Shown in pieces: positions 35,739 to 49,386 of a stretch of 64,000 nt of DNA (position 1 is the stretch's first letter; every line of letters begins with the position of its first letter). The notes beneath the pieces are model-generated. The model had not been told where the DNA came from and searched no databases. It was given only the letters and a program-made list of their open reading frames with translations. Made by a program: the position numbers and the translations under genes. Source of the DNA: Malacoraja senta (Eukaryota); assembly GCA_038087875.1 (NCBI GenBank), contig CM075987.1:24926001-24990000 (forward strand). The letters are read 5' to 3'.

Positions 35739-35809
35739 TTGACAAGCAGAAATTTTATATTGATTGAAAACTGACTTGGTATTGTCTTTGTGTATATTAT
35801 TATTCTGGG

Positions 35810-36607
35810 CGTATGGTGGCAAAAACAGGAAAGCAGACTATTATCTAAATGGTGGCCGATTAGGAAATGGGGAGATGCAGCGAGACCTGGGTGTCATGGT
35901 ACACCAGTCATTGAAAGTAGGCATGCAGGTGCAGCAGGCAGTGAAGAAAGCGAATGGTATGTTAGCTTTCATAGCAAAAGGATTTGAGTATAGGAGCAGG
36001 GAGGTTCTACTGCAGTTGTACAGGGTCTTGGTGAGACCACACCTGAAGTATTGCCTACAGTTTTGGGCTCCAAATCTGAGGAAGGACATTATAGCCATAG
36101 AGGGAGTGCAGAAAAGGTTCACCAGACTGATTCCTGGGATGTCAGGACTTTCATATGAAGAAAGACTGGATAGACTCGGCTTGTACTCGCTAGAATTTAG
36201 GAGATTGAGAGGGATCTTATAGAAACGTACAAAATTCTTATGGGGTTGGACAGGCTAGATGCAGGAAGATTGTTCCCGATGTTGGGGAAGTCCAGGACAA
36301 GGGGTCACAGCTTAAGGATAAGGGGAAATCCTTTAAGACCGAGATGAGGAAAAACTTTTTCACACAGAGAGTGGTGAATCTCTGGAACTCTCTGCCACAG
36401 AGGGTAGTTGAGGCCAGTTCATTGGCTATATTTAAGAGGGAGTTAGATGTGGCCCTTGTGGCTAAAGGGATCAGGGGGTATGGAGAGAAGGCAGGTACGG
36501 GATACTGAGTTGGATGATCAGCCATGATCATATTGAATGGCGGTGCAGGCTCGAAGGGCCAGATGGCCTACTCCTGCACCTATTTTCTATGTATCTATGT
36601 TTCTATG
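35810..36607 (+). mobile_element. CR1/HER1-type LINE 3' fragment
   Basis: RDLGVMVHQSLK..KKANGMLAFI..; (TTCTATGT)n-type tail. Confidence 0.93.
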
Positions 36608-36767
36608 AAGGTAGACAAAATAAAGAAGGGTCTCGACCCGAAATGTCACCCATTCCTTCTCTCCAGAGATGCTGCCTGTCCCGCTGAACCACTCCGGCAT
36701 TTTGTGTCTATCTTCGGTGTAAAACAGCATCTTCACTTCTTTCCTACACATTAATTGATTGTAAGTT

Positions 36768-37080
36768 TGGTGGCGCAACGGTAGAGTTGCTGCTTTACAT
36801 CGCTTCTAGCGCCAGAGACGCAGGTTCGATCCCGACTACGGGTGCTGTCTGTACAGAGTTTGTACGTTCTTCCCGTGACCGCGTGGGTTTTCGCCGAGAT
36901 CTTCGGTTTCCTCCCACACTCCAAAGACGTACAGCTTTGTAGGTTAATTGGCTTGGTACAAATGAAAATTGTCCCTAGTGTGTGTAGGATAGTGTTAGTG
37001 TCCGTGGACTGCTGGTTGGCGCGGACATAGTGGGCCGAAGGGCCTGTTTCCGCGCTGGATCTCTAAGCTCTAAACTAAAC
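36768..37080 (+). mobile_element. HE1-type V-SINE
   Basis: Same consensus; variant with extra bases between the A and B boxes. Confidence 0.87.
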
Positions 37081-38348
37081 TCTTCAAAAGTTGCCAGGAG
37101 TGTGTGATGATAAACGCGTGTTGAGGGCAACAGGCTATGGGGAGCAACAGTATATCTCGCCAACAAATGACTTTTAGGAACAACTGACAGAAGAAAGATT
37201 GAGTAGGATGATCAATTAGAACGGCCACATTCAATGGCAAACCGTTAAGTTGAAAGAGTAAGATCATCTCTGGCAATAAAGAAAATAACTATAAAGCAAA
37301 AGCTAGCACTTAAAAGTTTGAACTTGATATCTCCATTAACATTTCATTATCCGAAAACACTATTTGACACATTAACTTGTTCAGTTACTGAACCGGAAAC
37401 GTTGATCGACAGTCATTAATATGGCATAAAAAAACGTTGCCATTGAGGACAAAACTTAAGATACGTGACAATATTAATGGGCAATAAAGGACACAAAGTG
37501 TTGGGCCAGGCAGCATCCCTGGAGAGCATGGATAGTGATGTTTCATGTTGGGGCCCTATATCAGAATGATTGAAGAGGGGAGGGGGGAAGGAGGCTGCAA
37601 GAGGGGAGGGGGGGGGGGGGACAAAGCCTGGTGGGTGAGAGGATGATACAGGTGAGGTGAGGGGGGGGGGTGGGGGGTTGATAGGTAGATGGTGGTCAAA
37701 GGCCAGAGATGAAAGGCAGAAGGTGCCAGACAAAAGGATTGAAGAGTTGGGAATTAGGAAGCCTCGCTCTGACAATGGAGGAGACCGAGAACAGTAAGGT
37801 CTGTGTAGGAACGGGAAGGAGAATTGAAGTGTCCAGCAACCAGGAGGTCAGGTTGGTTCATGCGGGCTGAGCAAAGATGTTCAGCGAAGCGATCGCCCAG
37901 TCTGTGTTTGGTCTCGCTGATGTATAAGATGTATAACGGATGTATTGTGTCCTTTGTTCAAGATGTGGACTCTTATACATGGCCTGTTTCCTTTCTCATC
38001 GTTACTTTTTTGCCTATCTTTCATTCATTGTTCTTTATCTCTCCACATCACCGTCTATATCTCTTGTTTCCCGTATCCTTAACCAGTCTGAAGAAAGGTC
38101 TCGAGCCGAAACGTCACCCATTCCTTCTCCCCAGAAATGTTGCCTGTCCCGCTGAGTTTACTCCAGCATTTTGTGCCTATATCCTCAATACTGTAGTCTT
38201 TTCCATGATTCTCTGAATGTAATGGCACATATTGCAGTACTTTTCATCAACACACGTTGTTTACTGATCTGCACGGGATTTGTGCATTAGAAGGCCTTTA
38301 CTCAAGTGTTGCATAAAAGACCCTTTTAATTTGCAGTTGTATTTTGAG

Positions 38349-38804
38349 GTATGTGTGTGTGTGTTTGTGCGTGCCTGTGTGTACGCGTGCACTTGTGTGT
38401 GTGTGTGCATGTGTGTACACATAGTGTGTGTGTGTGCATGCGTGTACATGGTGACTGTGTGCGCATGTGTGCACGTGTGCACTTGTGTGTGCGCATGTGT
38501 GTACACATAGTGTGTGTGTGCATGCATGTACATGGTGACCGTGTGTGCATGTGTGCACGCGTGCAGCTGTGTGTGTGCACGTGTACGCACGCACGTGTAT
38601 GTGCACGTGTGTATGCTTGCACATGTGTATGCATGCGTGTGCACACAGTGTGTGTGTGTGCATGCATGTACACGGTGTGTGTGTGTGTGTGTGTGCATGT
38701 GCACGTGGCGTTTGTGTTCCCGTGTGTGTATTGCGCGCGCGTGTTTGTATACATGCGAGTGTGCGTGTTGTCAGGGACAGTGAGAGAGTGGTGTGCAAGA
38801 GAAG

Positions 38805-38846
<42 letters not shown>

Positions 38847-38850
38847 GAGA
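38349..38850. repeat. Cryptic alternating purine-pyrimidine (TG/CA/CG/TA) tract followed by (AG)n
   Basis: About 420 nt of near-continuous RY alternation, then an AG microsatellite at ~38808-38850. Confidence 0.95.
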
Positions 38851-41755
38851 AATAAAGAATATTGAGGCAAGATGAAGGAAAGCAGAGCAAATCATATTGT
38901 ATATCACAGGACAATTACATACAAAATGGGCACTTCAAGCAGAGTCACGTTCACTGGGTATAAAACAATTTCTGTCTAACATAACCAATGGACTTTCATT
39001 TTACTTCCCATTTACAGGTTTGATTAAACGATCTGTTTATCGGCTCCTTTCCTGAAGATATTTCCTTGAGATAACCTTTCCGGAATGAATCGCTGGCAAT
39101 TTGGGAACCTCGGGCGAATTATCATTCTAGCTCTGATCCCCCTAAACCACCTTGTGACTCGATTGGTATTTGCGTTTGCTGCCTTGCCATGAATTCATCA
39201 GTGTAGTATTTTACAACAGCTGTGAGCTGCTTTTTCTTCAATGATACAAGCAAGCAGTTGGGTCAAAATCTAAATGTTGCTTAATGATGCAGTGTTGTGC
39301 CAGTTCGATCATTATGAAGCGACAGCTTCTGTGGAAGTATTGCCAACTTCCACTTAACACTAAAAATTATGATAAATTTGGGATAAATCTCTCCATCTGC
39401 CGAGCAGATAGCAGACGTGCCCTTCACTCAAAATATTATTCCTCCCAATTCTGTGGCAATCTCGTAATGGCCGAGAACGAATGTTAGTTGGGTTGAGGGT
39501 CAAGGTTGGGTGAGACAGGGGAGGAGTATTGGACTAAAGCAACACACTAAAGCATGTCATTTGTAAATTTTCAGGGATGATAACCAGTATTCAGAAATGT
39601 CACCCATTAAATATCAGTTAAAATGACCTCAGAATTCAATCTAATAAAAATAGCAATTGGCTTATTTAACTATCACAAAGTTGTCACTTGCAATTAGATC
39701 TTCAATTGCTTACTTTGACTTTGCTTACACAATACGTTTCGTGCATAGAATGAAGCTGGAATAGGCCCAGTCCAGTTCCTTAAGCCTGCTCTTACTTTAG
39801 CTCAGGAAGGAATTGCTGGTTTACACCGAACATCGACACAGAATTCTGGAGGAAGTCAGCGGGTCAGGCAGCATCTTTGGAGAAAAGGAATAGGTGACGT
39901 TTCAGGTCCGTTGATTAGTAGGACTGGATGTTACAATCCCTAAGGTTTTTCACAACAATTGACATTCTTGGGGGTGACCACGAGGTGATTTTGCTACCAA
40001 TCAGACACATCTTCAGTTGTGTAACCTCAACGTCACTGGGTGTTTCGGCCTTTTATCACAAGACGCCCTCAGTCGAGGCAGGCCCACCGCAGGGTGATCA
40101 GCCCTGGGTGTGTGTCTTATTGATAGCCTCTACATGATCACGTGGCAGCCCAGACAGCATCTTTTCTCCACAGTCACAGCCAGTGACGGCTCCATTCGGC
40201 TTTTTTCCCTTCCATCTTTCTCTCTACCGCTGACTGTGGCTGGTTGGGCTCTGGACTCGTGTCCGTTGGTGGGACAGTACTTGGTTGAGCTTTGCCTGGG
40301 GTGCTGATACCCTGTGGACTGTGGTGGTTAACCTGCCACTGGGCTTCACTCGGCTGATTTGGCCACCTCTTAGAAAGTAACGGTCAATGCGAGGCCCCTC
40401 ACCAAGCTCTCTCAGGCACTATTTCCTGCCCTGGTGGATCTTGATCTGAAATTTCACCTGGTACTTTTCTCCAGAGATGCTGCCTGACCCGCTGAGTTCC
40501 GCCAGCGTTTTTGGACCTATCTTAGTTGAGTTTGGTTTAGAGTTACGACGTGGAAACAGGCCCTTCGGTCCACTGACTTCTGCTAGCTCTGTTATCACAG
40601 TTTCACGTCCTACACACTAGGAGCAATTTATTTCCTTTCTGCTCCCAAGTCAGCGATTTACCGTGAGTGGCCATCCAACCACAGCGAGAACAATGTATGC
40701 ATGCACCCCTTTTCATCACCACCTCTTCCACAGCCAACAATGGACCATTGTGGGCTCTACCTTTCCTGATCATCGACGTTGCCTCTGAGTTGCTCTCACT
40801 GTTTCCCTCCCCCCTGATCCTCAGACTGAAGAAGACAGAGGAACAGGTGACGGTTCGGGTCGAGACCCTCCTTCACACCTGAGCCTTCTTCCCAACCCGA
40901 AACATTGCCTGTTCCTTTTCCCCCACAGATGCTGCCTGACCCGCTGAGTTGCTCGAGCATTCTCTGTCTCTCTCTGATAGCAAGGTGGGGAACCTAGACA
41001 ATCATAACCTCAACAGAAGGATGATGCCCCATTAGCTGTAGCTTGCTCTGTGGAGCCTGGTGGAGCTTGAACAGTCCGCAGTCAGTTTTGAACTTGTCCG
41101 GCCAGGTCATCCACCATCAGCAGTCAGGGGATATGGGGAGAAGGCAGGAACGGGGTACTGATTGGGGATGATCAGCCATGATCACATTGAATGGCGGTGC
41201 TGGCACGAAGGGCCAAATGGCCTACTCCTGCACCTATTGTCTATTGTCTATTGTCTATCCCCCTTTCAAAGCAACATAGAAGTATAGTGCAGGAAGGAAC
41301 TGGTTTACACTGAAGAGAGACATCAAATGCTGGAGTGACTCAGCAGGTCAGGCAACCTCTCTGGAGCAAAGGAATAGGTGACGTTTTCGATCGAGACCCT
41401 TCTTCAGTCTGAGAGTCGGGCGAGAGGGAAACTAGAGGTATAACAAGGTACAAAGGAATGAAAGGTATGAAAAAGAACAAATCAAGGCCAGCAAGGATGA
41501 TCAAGGAAAGGTGGAGCTCACAATGGTCCATTGTTGGCTGTGGACGAGGTGATAACGATGGGGATATGAACAGTGGAACTAAGAAGGATGACAGTGAAAC
41601 TAGTAGGATGACTAGGTTGAGGAGGGGAGGGATGGAGCGAGAGGGAATGCAAGGGTTACTTAACATTAAAGGAATCAATATTCATACCACGAGGTTGTAA
41701 GAACTTGCTCCTGATTCCACTGAGAAAGTTCAACAATGGTCATAGTGGGGAGCTA

Positions 41756-42321
41756 GGTAGACACAAAAATGCTGGTGTAACTCAGCGGGTGAGGCAGCAT
41801 CTATGGAGCGAAGGAATGAAGAAGGGTCTCGAACCCGAAACGTCACCCATTCCTTCTCTCCATAGATGCTGCCTCACCCGCTGAGTTACTCCGGCAGCTT
41901 TGTGTCTACCTTCGATTTTACCAGCATCTAGAAACATAGAAACATAGAAAATAGGTGCAGGAGTAGGCCATTCGGCCCTTCGAGCCTGCACCGCCATTCA
42001 ATATGATCATGGCTGATCATCCAACTCAGTATCCCGTACCTGCCTTCTCTCCATACCCCCTGATCCCTTTAGCCACAAGGGCCACATCTAACTCCCTGTT
42101 AAATATAGCCAATGAACTGGCCTCAACTACCTTCTGTGGCAGAGAATTCCACAGATTCACCACTCTCTGTGTAAAAAATGATTTTCTCATCTCGGTCCTA
42201 AAAGACTTCCCCCTTATCCTTAAACTGTGACCCCTTGTTCCGGACTTCCCCAACATCGGGAACAATCTTCCTGCATCTAGCCTGTCCAATCCCTTAAGAA
42301 TCTGCAGTTCTCCCCTACACA
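41756..42321. mobile_element. Penelope-like inverted pLTR insertion interrupted by a CR1 3' fragment (~41930-42299, -)
   Basis: Flanked by an agtggggagcta/agtagggagcta duplication. The pLTR sequence ccagcatct..gcagtt is split by the CR1 piece. Confidence 0.75.
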
Positions 42322-42411
42322 TAGTAGGGAGCTATGTGCTCTAATGAATATTGGGCAGGGGATGCCACAGAAGTCAGTACTGTACTAGTAATGAACACAC
42401 ACGGCAAGGTT

Positions 42412-44228
42412 AGCTAGTTTGCAGACGATGCAAAAGTGGGTGGTTTGGCAGATAGTGAAGATGGTTGTGAAAAATTGCAGCAGGATCTTGATCGATTGGC
42501 CGGGTGGGCTGAGGAATGGTTGATGGAATTTAATACAGAGATGTGTGAGATGTTGCATTTTGGGAAGTCTAACATGGGCAGGACCTACACAGTGAATGGT
42601 GGAGCTCTGGGGGGTGTTGTAGAGCAGAGGGATCTAGGAGTGTAGGTGTCTTGTGTGCTGTCTGCAGGAGAACTAGACTTTTAATGTAGGGGCAAGGGGG
42701 TAACCTTATTTCTAGGTCCCTACCTGGTCGGTGAGGCAGCTTTTTCTCCGGGCTGCCCCGTCGACCCGTCCTCGTAGCCTACCAGCGGGCGTGGAGCGCC
42801 GTTTCCTGGCGGGGGCTGCCCAGCACCTTCAGCTTCGATGGCGGCACAGCGCTGGAGCACTATCGCGGAGCGGAGCGGGCGGTGCCTTGCGTGGGTCGCC
42901 GCGCTGGATCGCCGCGCTGGAGCTCCGAGCTCAACACCTCCGGGCTGCGGGTCTGCGGAGCGGAGCGGGCGGCGCCGACTTCAACATCGGGAGCCTGGGA
43001 GCTCCAAACCGGCGCGGCCTTGTCGGCTTCGGAAGCTGAGGTCTACGGCAATGGAAGCGGCCGTTCCAGGTGGCCCAGCCGCTGAGAGGACTCTCCTGAC
43101 GCCGGGGCAACAGCACCCGGCGAGAACGGCCAGGAACATCGGGCCTCCGTAGAGGCAATAGCGGAGGCCTCAATAGGCCTGACTGTGGGAGAACTGGGGA
43201 TGGGGACTGGACATTGTGCCTTCCCCCACAGTGGTAACCATTGTGGGGGGATGATTTTTGTATGTAATGTCTATTTTAGTCTGTGTCCAAGATGGTGGTC
43301 GGAGGGGAGAGTGGACGCTGGCGAGGTTTAGCTGCCGCTGCTCTCTCTTTACATTGTGTTTCTGATTATTTTTTTTTTGTGTCTTTGGATCGAATTCTGT
43401 CTTTAATTTGTGTATTGGTGATGTCTTTATAACTTATTTTACTCCGATTATATGTTTTTTAATTTTTAAACTCTGTAAGGTGTCCTTGAGACTTTGGTAT
43501 AAGGTGCCCATAAATAAAATGTATTATTATTATTATTATTATTATAGTTCCTCTGAAGGTGGAATCACAGGTAGATCGGGGGGTCAAAAAGGCTTTTGGC
43601 ACATTGGCCTTCATCAGCCAGAGTATTGAGTATAGAAGTTGGGAGGTCATGTTGCAGTTGTATAATACGTTGGTGAGGCTGCATTTAGAGTACTGTGTTC
43701 AGTTCTGGGCACCATGTTAGAGGAAATAATTTGTCAAACTGGAAAGGGTACAGAGAAGATTTGTGAGGATATTGCCAGGACTTGAGGATCTGAGCTATAG
43801 GGAGAGGTTGTGTAGGCTGGGACTCTATTCCTTGGAGTGCAGGAAAATGAGGGGTGATCTTATTGAGGTGTGCAAAATCAAGAGATGAATAGATTGGGTG
43901 GATGCACAGAGTCTCTTGCCCAGAGAAGGTGAAGCGAGGTACAGAGGACATAGGTTTCAGGTGAAGAGGAAAAGATTTAATAGAAATCTGAGGGGTAACC
44001 TTTTTACACAAAGGGTGGTGGGTGTATGGAACGAGCTGCCAGAGGAGGTAGTTGAGGCTGGGACTATCCCAACGTTTAAGAAACAGTTAGACGGGTACAT
44101 GGAAAGGACATGGTTGGAAGGATATGGACCAAGCGCAAGCAGGTGGGACCAGTGTAGATGGGGCGTGTTGGGCGGTGTGGGCAAAAGGGCTGAAGGGCCT
44201 GTTTCCATGCTGTGTCACTCTATGACTA
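42412..44228 (+). mobile_element. CR1-type LINE fragment split by a GC-rich retroposon (42649-43543)
   Basis: FADD..LQQDLDRL..W.MEFN..RDLGV ends at 42648 and resumes at 43544 (atagttcc..), continuing to the 3'UTR. Confidence 0.88.
42649..43543 (+). mobile_element. GC-rich non-coding retroposon (type D) with L2-like tail, inserted in CR1
   Basis: G-tract, hairpin 42726-42766, CpG-rich body, tail tgtaaggtgtccttgag..aaggtgcccataaataaaatg(TAT)n. Confidence 0.75.
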
Positions 44229-44954
44229 TAATGCAGATATTAATTTGTGGATTTGAAGCAAGAAACTAAATCAGGCGCAGAACATTATGTACAGAATCCA
44301 ATTTTACAACATTTAGAAATGAATAGTCCAGGTACGGTGAATTATGAGCAATTTCCACCAGTTATTGATGTATCTGAATATATGATCATCCCATGAGCCT
44401 ACTGATGATTACGTTTCATAAACGTTTTGTCAAAATAAAGCATTCCTATCTTATACACTTCAAATGTTGGTGTAGGCAAACTAAGCAGGAATGTAAACTA
44501 AATATTTTAAAAAACGTTTGAAACTTTCCTTTTTTAATTTTTTTTGCGGTGTTGGTTACTGATCCTTGATCCAGGTTTAAGGAGTCTCTTTCCACCAATA
44601 TTGGAAAATGATTGTTAGCTTCCGTCAAGCAGAAATGAGAGAACGTAGAAATGCAGAAATGTAGATGCTGGTTTATTTTTTTTTAAATCACAAAGTATTG
44701 GAGTAACTCAGTTGTTTTTGAAGAAGAAGGGTCCCAACCTGAAATGTTACCTATGCATGTTCTCCGGAAATACGGCCTGATCCGCTGAGTTACTCCACCA
44801 CTTGTGTATCTTTTGAAAGAAATGTCCCCGCCCCGAAACGCCACTTATCCGTGTTCTTCAGAGATGCTGTCCAACACTTTGGGACATTTTTTTTCCATCC
44901 AGGAAAGAATTAGGTTCTGAAGCAGCTAAATAAAATCCTATAGAAAGGACTGTG

Positions 44955-45255
44955 GGCAGCGCGGTGGCGCAGCGGTAGAGTTGCTGCCTTACAGCGCCAG
45001 AGACCCGGGTTTGATCCCGAATACGGGTGCTGCATGTACGGAGTTTGTACGTTCTTCCCGTGACCGTTTGGGTTTTCTTCGAGATCTTCGGTTTCCCCCC
45101 ACACTCCAAAGACGTACAGGTTTGTAAGTTCGTTGGCTTGATATAAATGTAATATTGTCCCCACTGTGTAGGATAGTGTTGGTGTGCGGGGATTGCTGGT
45201 CAGTGCGGACTCAGTGGGCCGAAAGGCCTGTTTCCGTGCTGTATCTCGAAACTAA
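44955..45255 (+). mobile_element. HE1-type V-SINE
   Basis: Same consensus; directly abuts the Penelope fragment. Confidence 0.87.
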
Positions 45256-45269
45256 GACAAAAAAAAATG

Positions 45270-46507
45270 GTGCCACCTCCTGCACCCACACACAACTGAC
45301 TGACTTCATCCACTTCACCACCAACTTCCATCCGGCACTCAAATACACCTGGACCATTTCCGACACTTCCCTACCATTCCTTGACCTCACTATCTCCATC
45401 GCAGGTGATAGACTCCTTACCGACATCCACTACAAACCCACCGACTCCCATGGCTATCTGGACTACACTTCTTCCCACCCTGCTTCCTGTAAGGACTCCA
45501 TCCCCCACTCCCAATTCCTCCGTCTACGCCGCATCTGCTCCCAGGATGAGGTGTTCCACACCAGGGCATCTGAAATGTCCTCATTCTTCAGGGAACGGGG
45601 GTTCCCCTCCTCCACCATAGATGAGGCTCGCACCAGGGTCTCTTCCATACCCCGCAACACTGCTCTCTCTCCCCATCCCCCCACTCGCAACAAGGGCAGA
45701 GTCCCCGTAGTCCTCACCTTTCATCCCACCAGCTGTCACATACAACAAGTAATCCTCCGTCAGTTTCGCCACATCCAACGTGACCCCACCACTCGCCACA
45801 TCTTCCCATCTCCCCCCATGTCTGCCTTCCGCAAAGACCGCTCCCTCCATAACTCCCTTGTCAATTCTTCCCTTCCCTCCCGTACCACCCCCTCCCCGAG
45901 CACTTTCCCTTGCAACCGCAAGAGATGCTACACTTGTTTCTTCACCTCGCCCCTCGACTCCATTCAAGGACCCAAGCAGTCGTTCCAGGTGCGACAGAGG
46001 TTCACCTGCACCTCCTCCAACCTCATCTATTGCATCCGCTGCTCTAGATGTCAGCTGATCTACATCGGTGAGACCAAGCGATCGTTTCGCCGAACACCTC
46101 CGCTCGGTCCGCAATAACCAACCTGACCTCCCGGTGGCTCAGCACTTCAACTCTCCCTCCCATTCCGTATCCGACCTCTCTGACCTGGGGCTCCTCCATG
46201 GCCAGAGCGAGCAACACCGGAAATTGGAGGAACAGCACCTCATATTCCGCCTGGGGAGTCTGCATCCTGGTGGCATGAACATTGAATTCTCTCAATTTTG
46301 TTAGCCCTTGCTGCCTCCTCCCCTTCCTCAGCCCTCGGGCTGTCTCCTCCCATCCCTCAGCCCTCGAGCTCTTCCTCCGCCTTTTCCCTTTCTTCTCCCC
46401 ACCCCCCATCAGTCTGAAGAAGGGTTTCGGCCCGAAACGTTGCCTATTTCCTTCGCTCCATAGATGCTGCTGCACCCGCTGAGTTTCTCCAGCATTTTTG
46501 TGTACCT
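45270..46507 (+). mobile_element. Penelope-like element, 5'-truncated: RT C-terminus, GIY-YIG endonuclease and pseudo-LTR
   Basis: LPFLDL..YKPTDSHGYLDYTSSHP..SQFLRLRRICS; FTCTSSNLIYCIRC..YIGETKR; VAQHFN..EQHLIFRLGSL..GMN. pLTR carries a hammerhead core at ~46414-46441. Confidence 0.92.
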
Positions 46508-48930
46508 AAAAAAAATTACTTGTTGAGCCAGCCTGGTTACATTAGTGGTTACATTTCTATTATACTTTTTGTGCAGCAATTAGATGTTTGTGTAGGAAGG
46601 AACTGCAGACGCTGGTTTAAACCGAAGATAGACACAAAAAGCTGGAGTAACTCAGCGGGACAGGCAGCATCTCTGGAGAGAAGGAATGGGTGACATTTCG
46701 GGTTGAGACCCTTAGGGTTAGGGAACGTCAGGGAATGTTTGTGGATTGATTAAGATGTTGACCATTGCAAGTGCTGTCATTTTGTGCCACATGGCTTCCA
46801 GCTTCGGTTCCAGACTGAAGAAGCACCCCGATCCAAAACATCACCTATCCATGTTCTCTCGAGATGCTGCCTGACCTGCTGAGTTACTCCAGCACCTGAT
46901 GTGCCTTTTTTTGAAAACTAGCATCCGCAATTCGTGGCATCCAGTGCTTGGCCGATACAATTAATTGGGTTGGGCAGGAGCAGATTTAAGTTTTGTCATG
47001 TTGTACGGTTGCACTGAAAAGATGAATAATGCAACTTCAGTACATTTCTCAACCGCAAATCTACCATATGGCGCACAACCAGAAATAAATTTATCAAGAC
47101 TATAAAAGTCAAAGGAAGTCATGATCAACCTCTACAGTATTCTGGTCATACCATTCTGCAAAGAATTTAAACAACAATCATTCCATGGCACTTTAAGTTC
47201 AATCAAATTGTGCAATCCATATTCAAACAGAGTTTCTGAACCATGTTAAAGAAAGCAACTCCACTGATGAAATTGCTTGCAGTTGAATTTGTCCTCGACA
47301 AATACTTCATCTCATTTATACTTAACTTTCAATAAAGGACATCATTTCTTCAATTGTTTATTAGCTATGCAAGTGATTAATGTGAATCTCTTTGTCCTTT
47401 ATCTAAGCTAATATTAAATGTTTATATAGAGTTTGGCTCAACGAGATTTTTGGTTTAGTTAAGAGATGCAGCATGGAAAGGAGATGAGGAGAAATGTCGT
47501 TAGTCAGAGGAATCAGGTGAATCAGTGGAACTCATTGCCACAGGCGGCTGTGGAGGCCAAGTCATTGGGTATTTTTAAGACGGAGATGGGCAGAAACTTG
47601 ATTGGTGCGGGTGTCAAGGGTTATGGGGAGAAGGCAGGAGAATGGGGTTGAGAGAGAAAGATAGTTCAGCCATGATTGAATTTATGAAAAAGCCCCTTCT
47701 GTCCCCCAAATTGCCACCAGCCATCGATCACCTGTTCGCACTAGTTCCATGTTATCCCACTTTTCCACAAGCTCTCAACGCATTTGGGACAATTTTCACA
47801 GTGTCCATGTGGGAGGAAACCAGAGAACTTGGAAGGAATCCGTGTGGTCACAGGGAGAACGTGCAGACTCCACACAGGCAGCACCTGAGGTTAGGATTGA
47901 ACCGGGGTCTCTGGGGCTGTGAGGCAGCGGCTCTACTGGCTGAGCCACTGTGCCGCCCCTATCTATGTCCCACTGCATCTGTGCAAAGAATGAAGATGAA
48001 TCCCAACCTGAATCATTGCCTTTCCATTCCTGCTGCTCGACCCGTTGAGTTACTCCAGCACTTTCCTTTTTACTCAATATAACACTCAATACTCAACAGG
48101 CCTGAATGCTGTAAAAAGGCCTCTTTCCTTTCCCTACAACTCAATTTCAGAGCTCCAATCAATTTATTGATTAATACGGGTGTCAGGCATTATTATGGGG
48201 GGAAAGCAGGAGAATGGGGTTGAGAGGGAAAGATGATTGCATGGCAGAGTAGACTTGATGGGCCGAATGGCCTAATTCTGCTCTTATAACTTATGAATTC
48301 ATGAACAATCTCTGCAAATAGATAACCCAAGTAACCAACCAAAACACATATAGATAATTCAATTAATCCCGGCATTCCCTCTCTCTCCATCCCTCCCCAC
48401 CCAAGAAGCACCAGCTTCTCATTTTCACCCAACAAACAGCTGACAATGGCCTGTTTCTATAATCATTGTTACTTTTTTGCATTTCTTTCATTCATTGCTC
48501 TTTATCTCTCTACATCATCGTCTATATCTCTCGTTTCCCTTGCCCCTGGCTAGTCTGAAGAAGGGTCTGGAACCGAAACGTCACCCATTCCTTCTCCCCG
48601 GAGACGCTGCCTGTCCCGCTGAGTTACTCCAGTTTTTTTAGTCTATCTTTCGCAAATAGATTCATGTTTTCCTTAACCAGGATTCCTGGAGCAATATTTT
48701 ACAGGATTCACGCGTTGGGATTGTACAAGAGGTACGAGATAAGAAAAAAATGGATGAACGAAGAAGAAAAATGGCCTTTGCTGAATGCCAAGTGAACCGT
48801 GTCAAAGTTAAATGAAATCAACTCACAATTGCTACAGAGAGTGGTTTATAGATTAGAATGGAAAAAGAAGCAAAAATGAAAGTGGGTTTCAAATAATTCC
48901 TGTTATAAATTGGAATGGCAACAATACTTA

Positions 48931-49252
48931 AAGCCCTGTCCCACGGTTACGAGTTCATTCCACGAGCTCTCCCGAGTTTGCCCTGATTCGAACTCTGAGA
49001 TTTACGGTAATGGCCACTCGTCGGTACTAGGGGCTCTCGTGGACATTTTTCAACATGTTGAAAAATCTTCACGAGTCTTCCCGTGCTTGCCTGCCGTTAG
49101 CGAGTCTTCCCGAGTACCTGTCGTTAGCGCTAAGAGACGTCCCCGAGCTCCGACGTACCCGCTACGTTCATTCACCGTGCTTACCACGAGTTTGATTTTT
49201 TTTTAAACTCAGGAGAGCTCTTGGAATGAACTCGTACCGTGGGACAGGGCTT
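48931..49252. mobile_element. PIF/Harbinger-type MITE
   Basis: TIR aagccctgtcccacgg / ccgtgggacagggctt; TTA/TAA flanks. Confidence 0.85.
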
Positions 49253-49310
49253 TAAGAAGGAAAAAAAATCAGATCTAATTGTCTCCTGGAAGTTATGATT
49301 CGGGTAATAA

Positions 49311-49386
49311 ACACACTCACACACACACACACACACACATACACACACACACACACACATACACACACACACACACACACATATAT
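49311..49386. repeat. (AC)n microsatellite
   Basis: Directly visible. Confidence 0.95.

Noticed and set aside
38261..38907. His/Thr-rich and Val/Cys-rich ORFs
   Set aside because: Translations of a dinucleotide-type repeat.
45155..46117. 320-aa ORF as a host gene
   Set aside because: Chimera of an HE1 tail and a truncated Penelope RT/GIY-YIG fragment.
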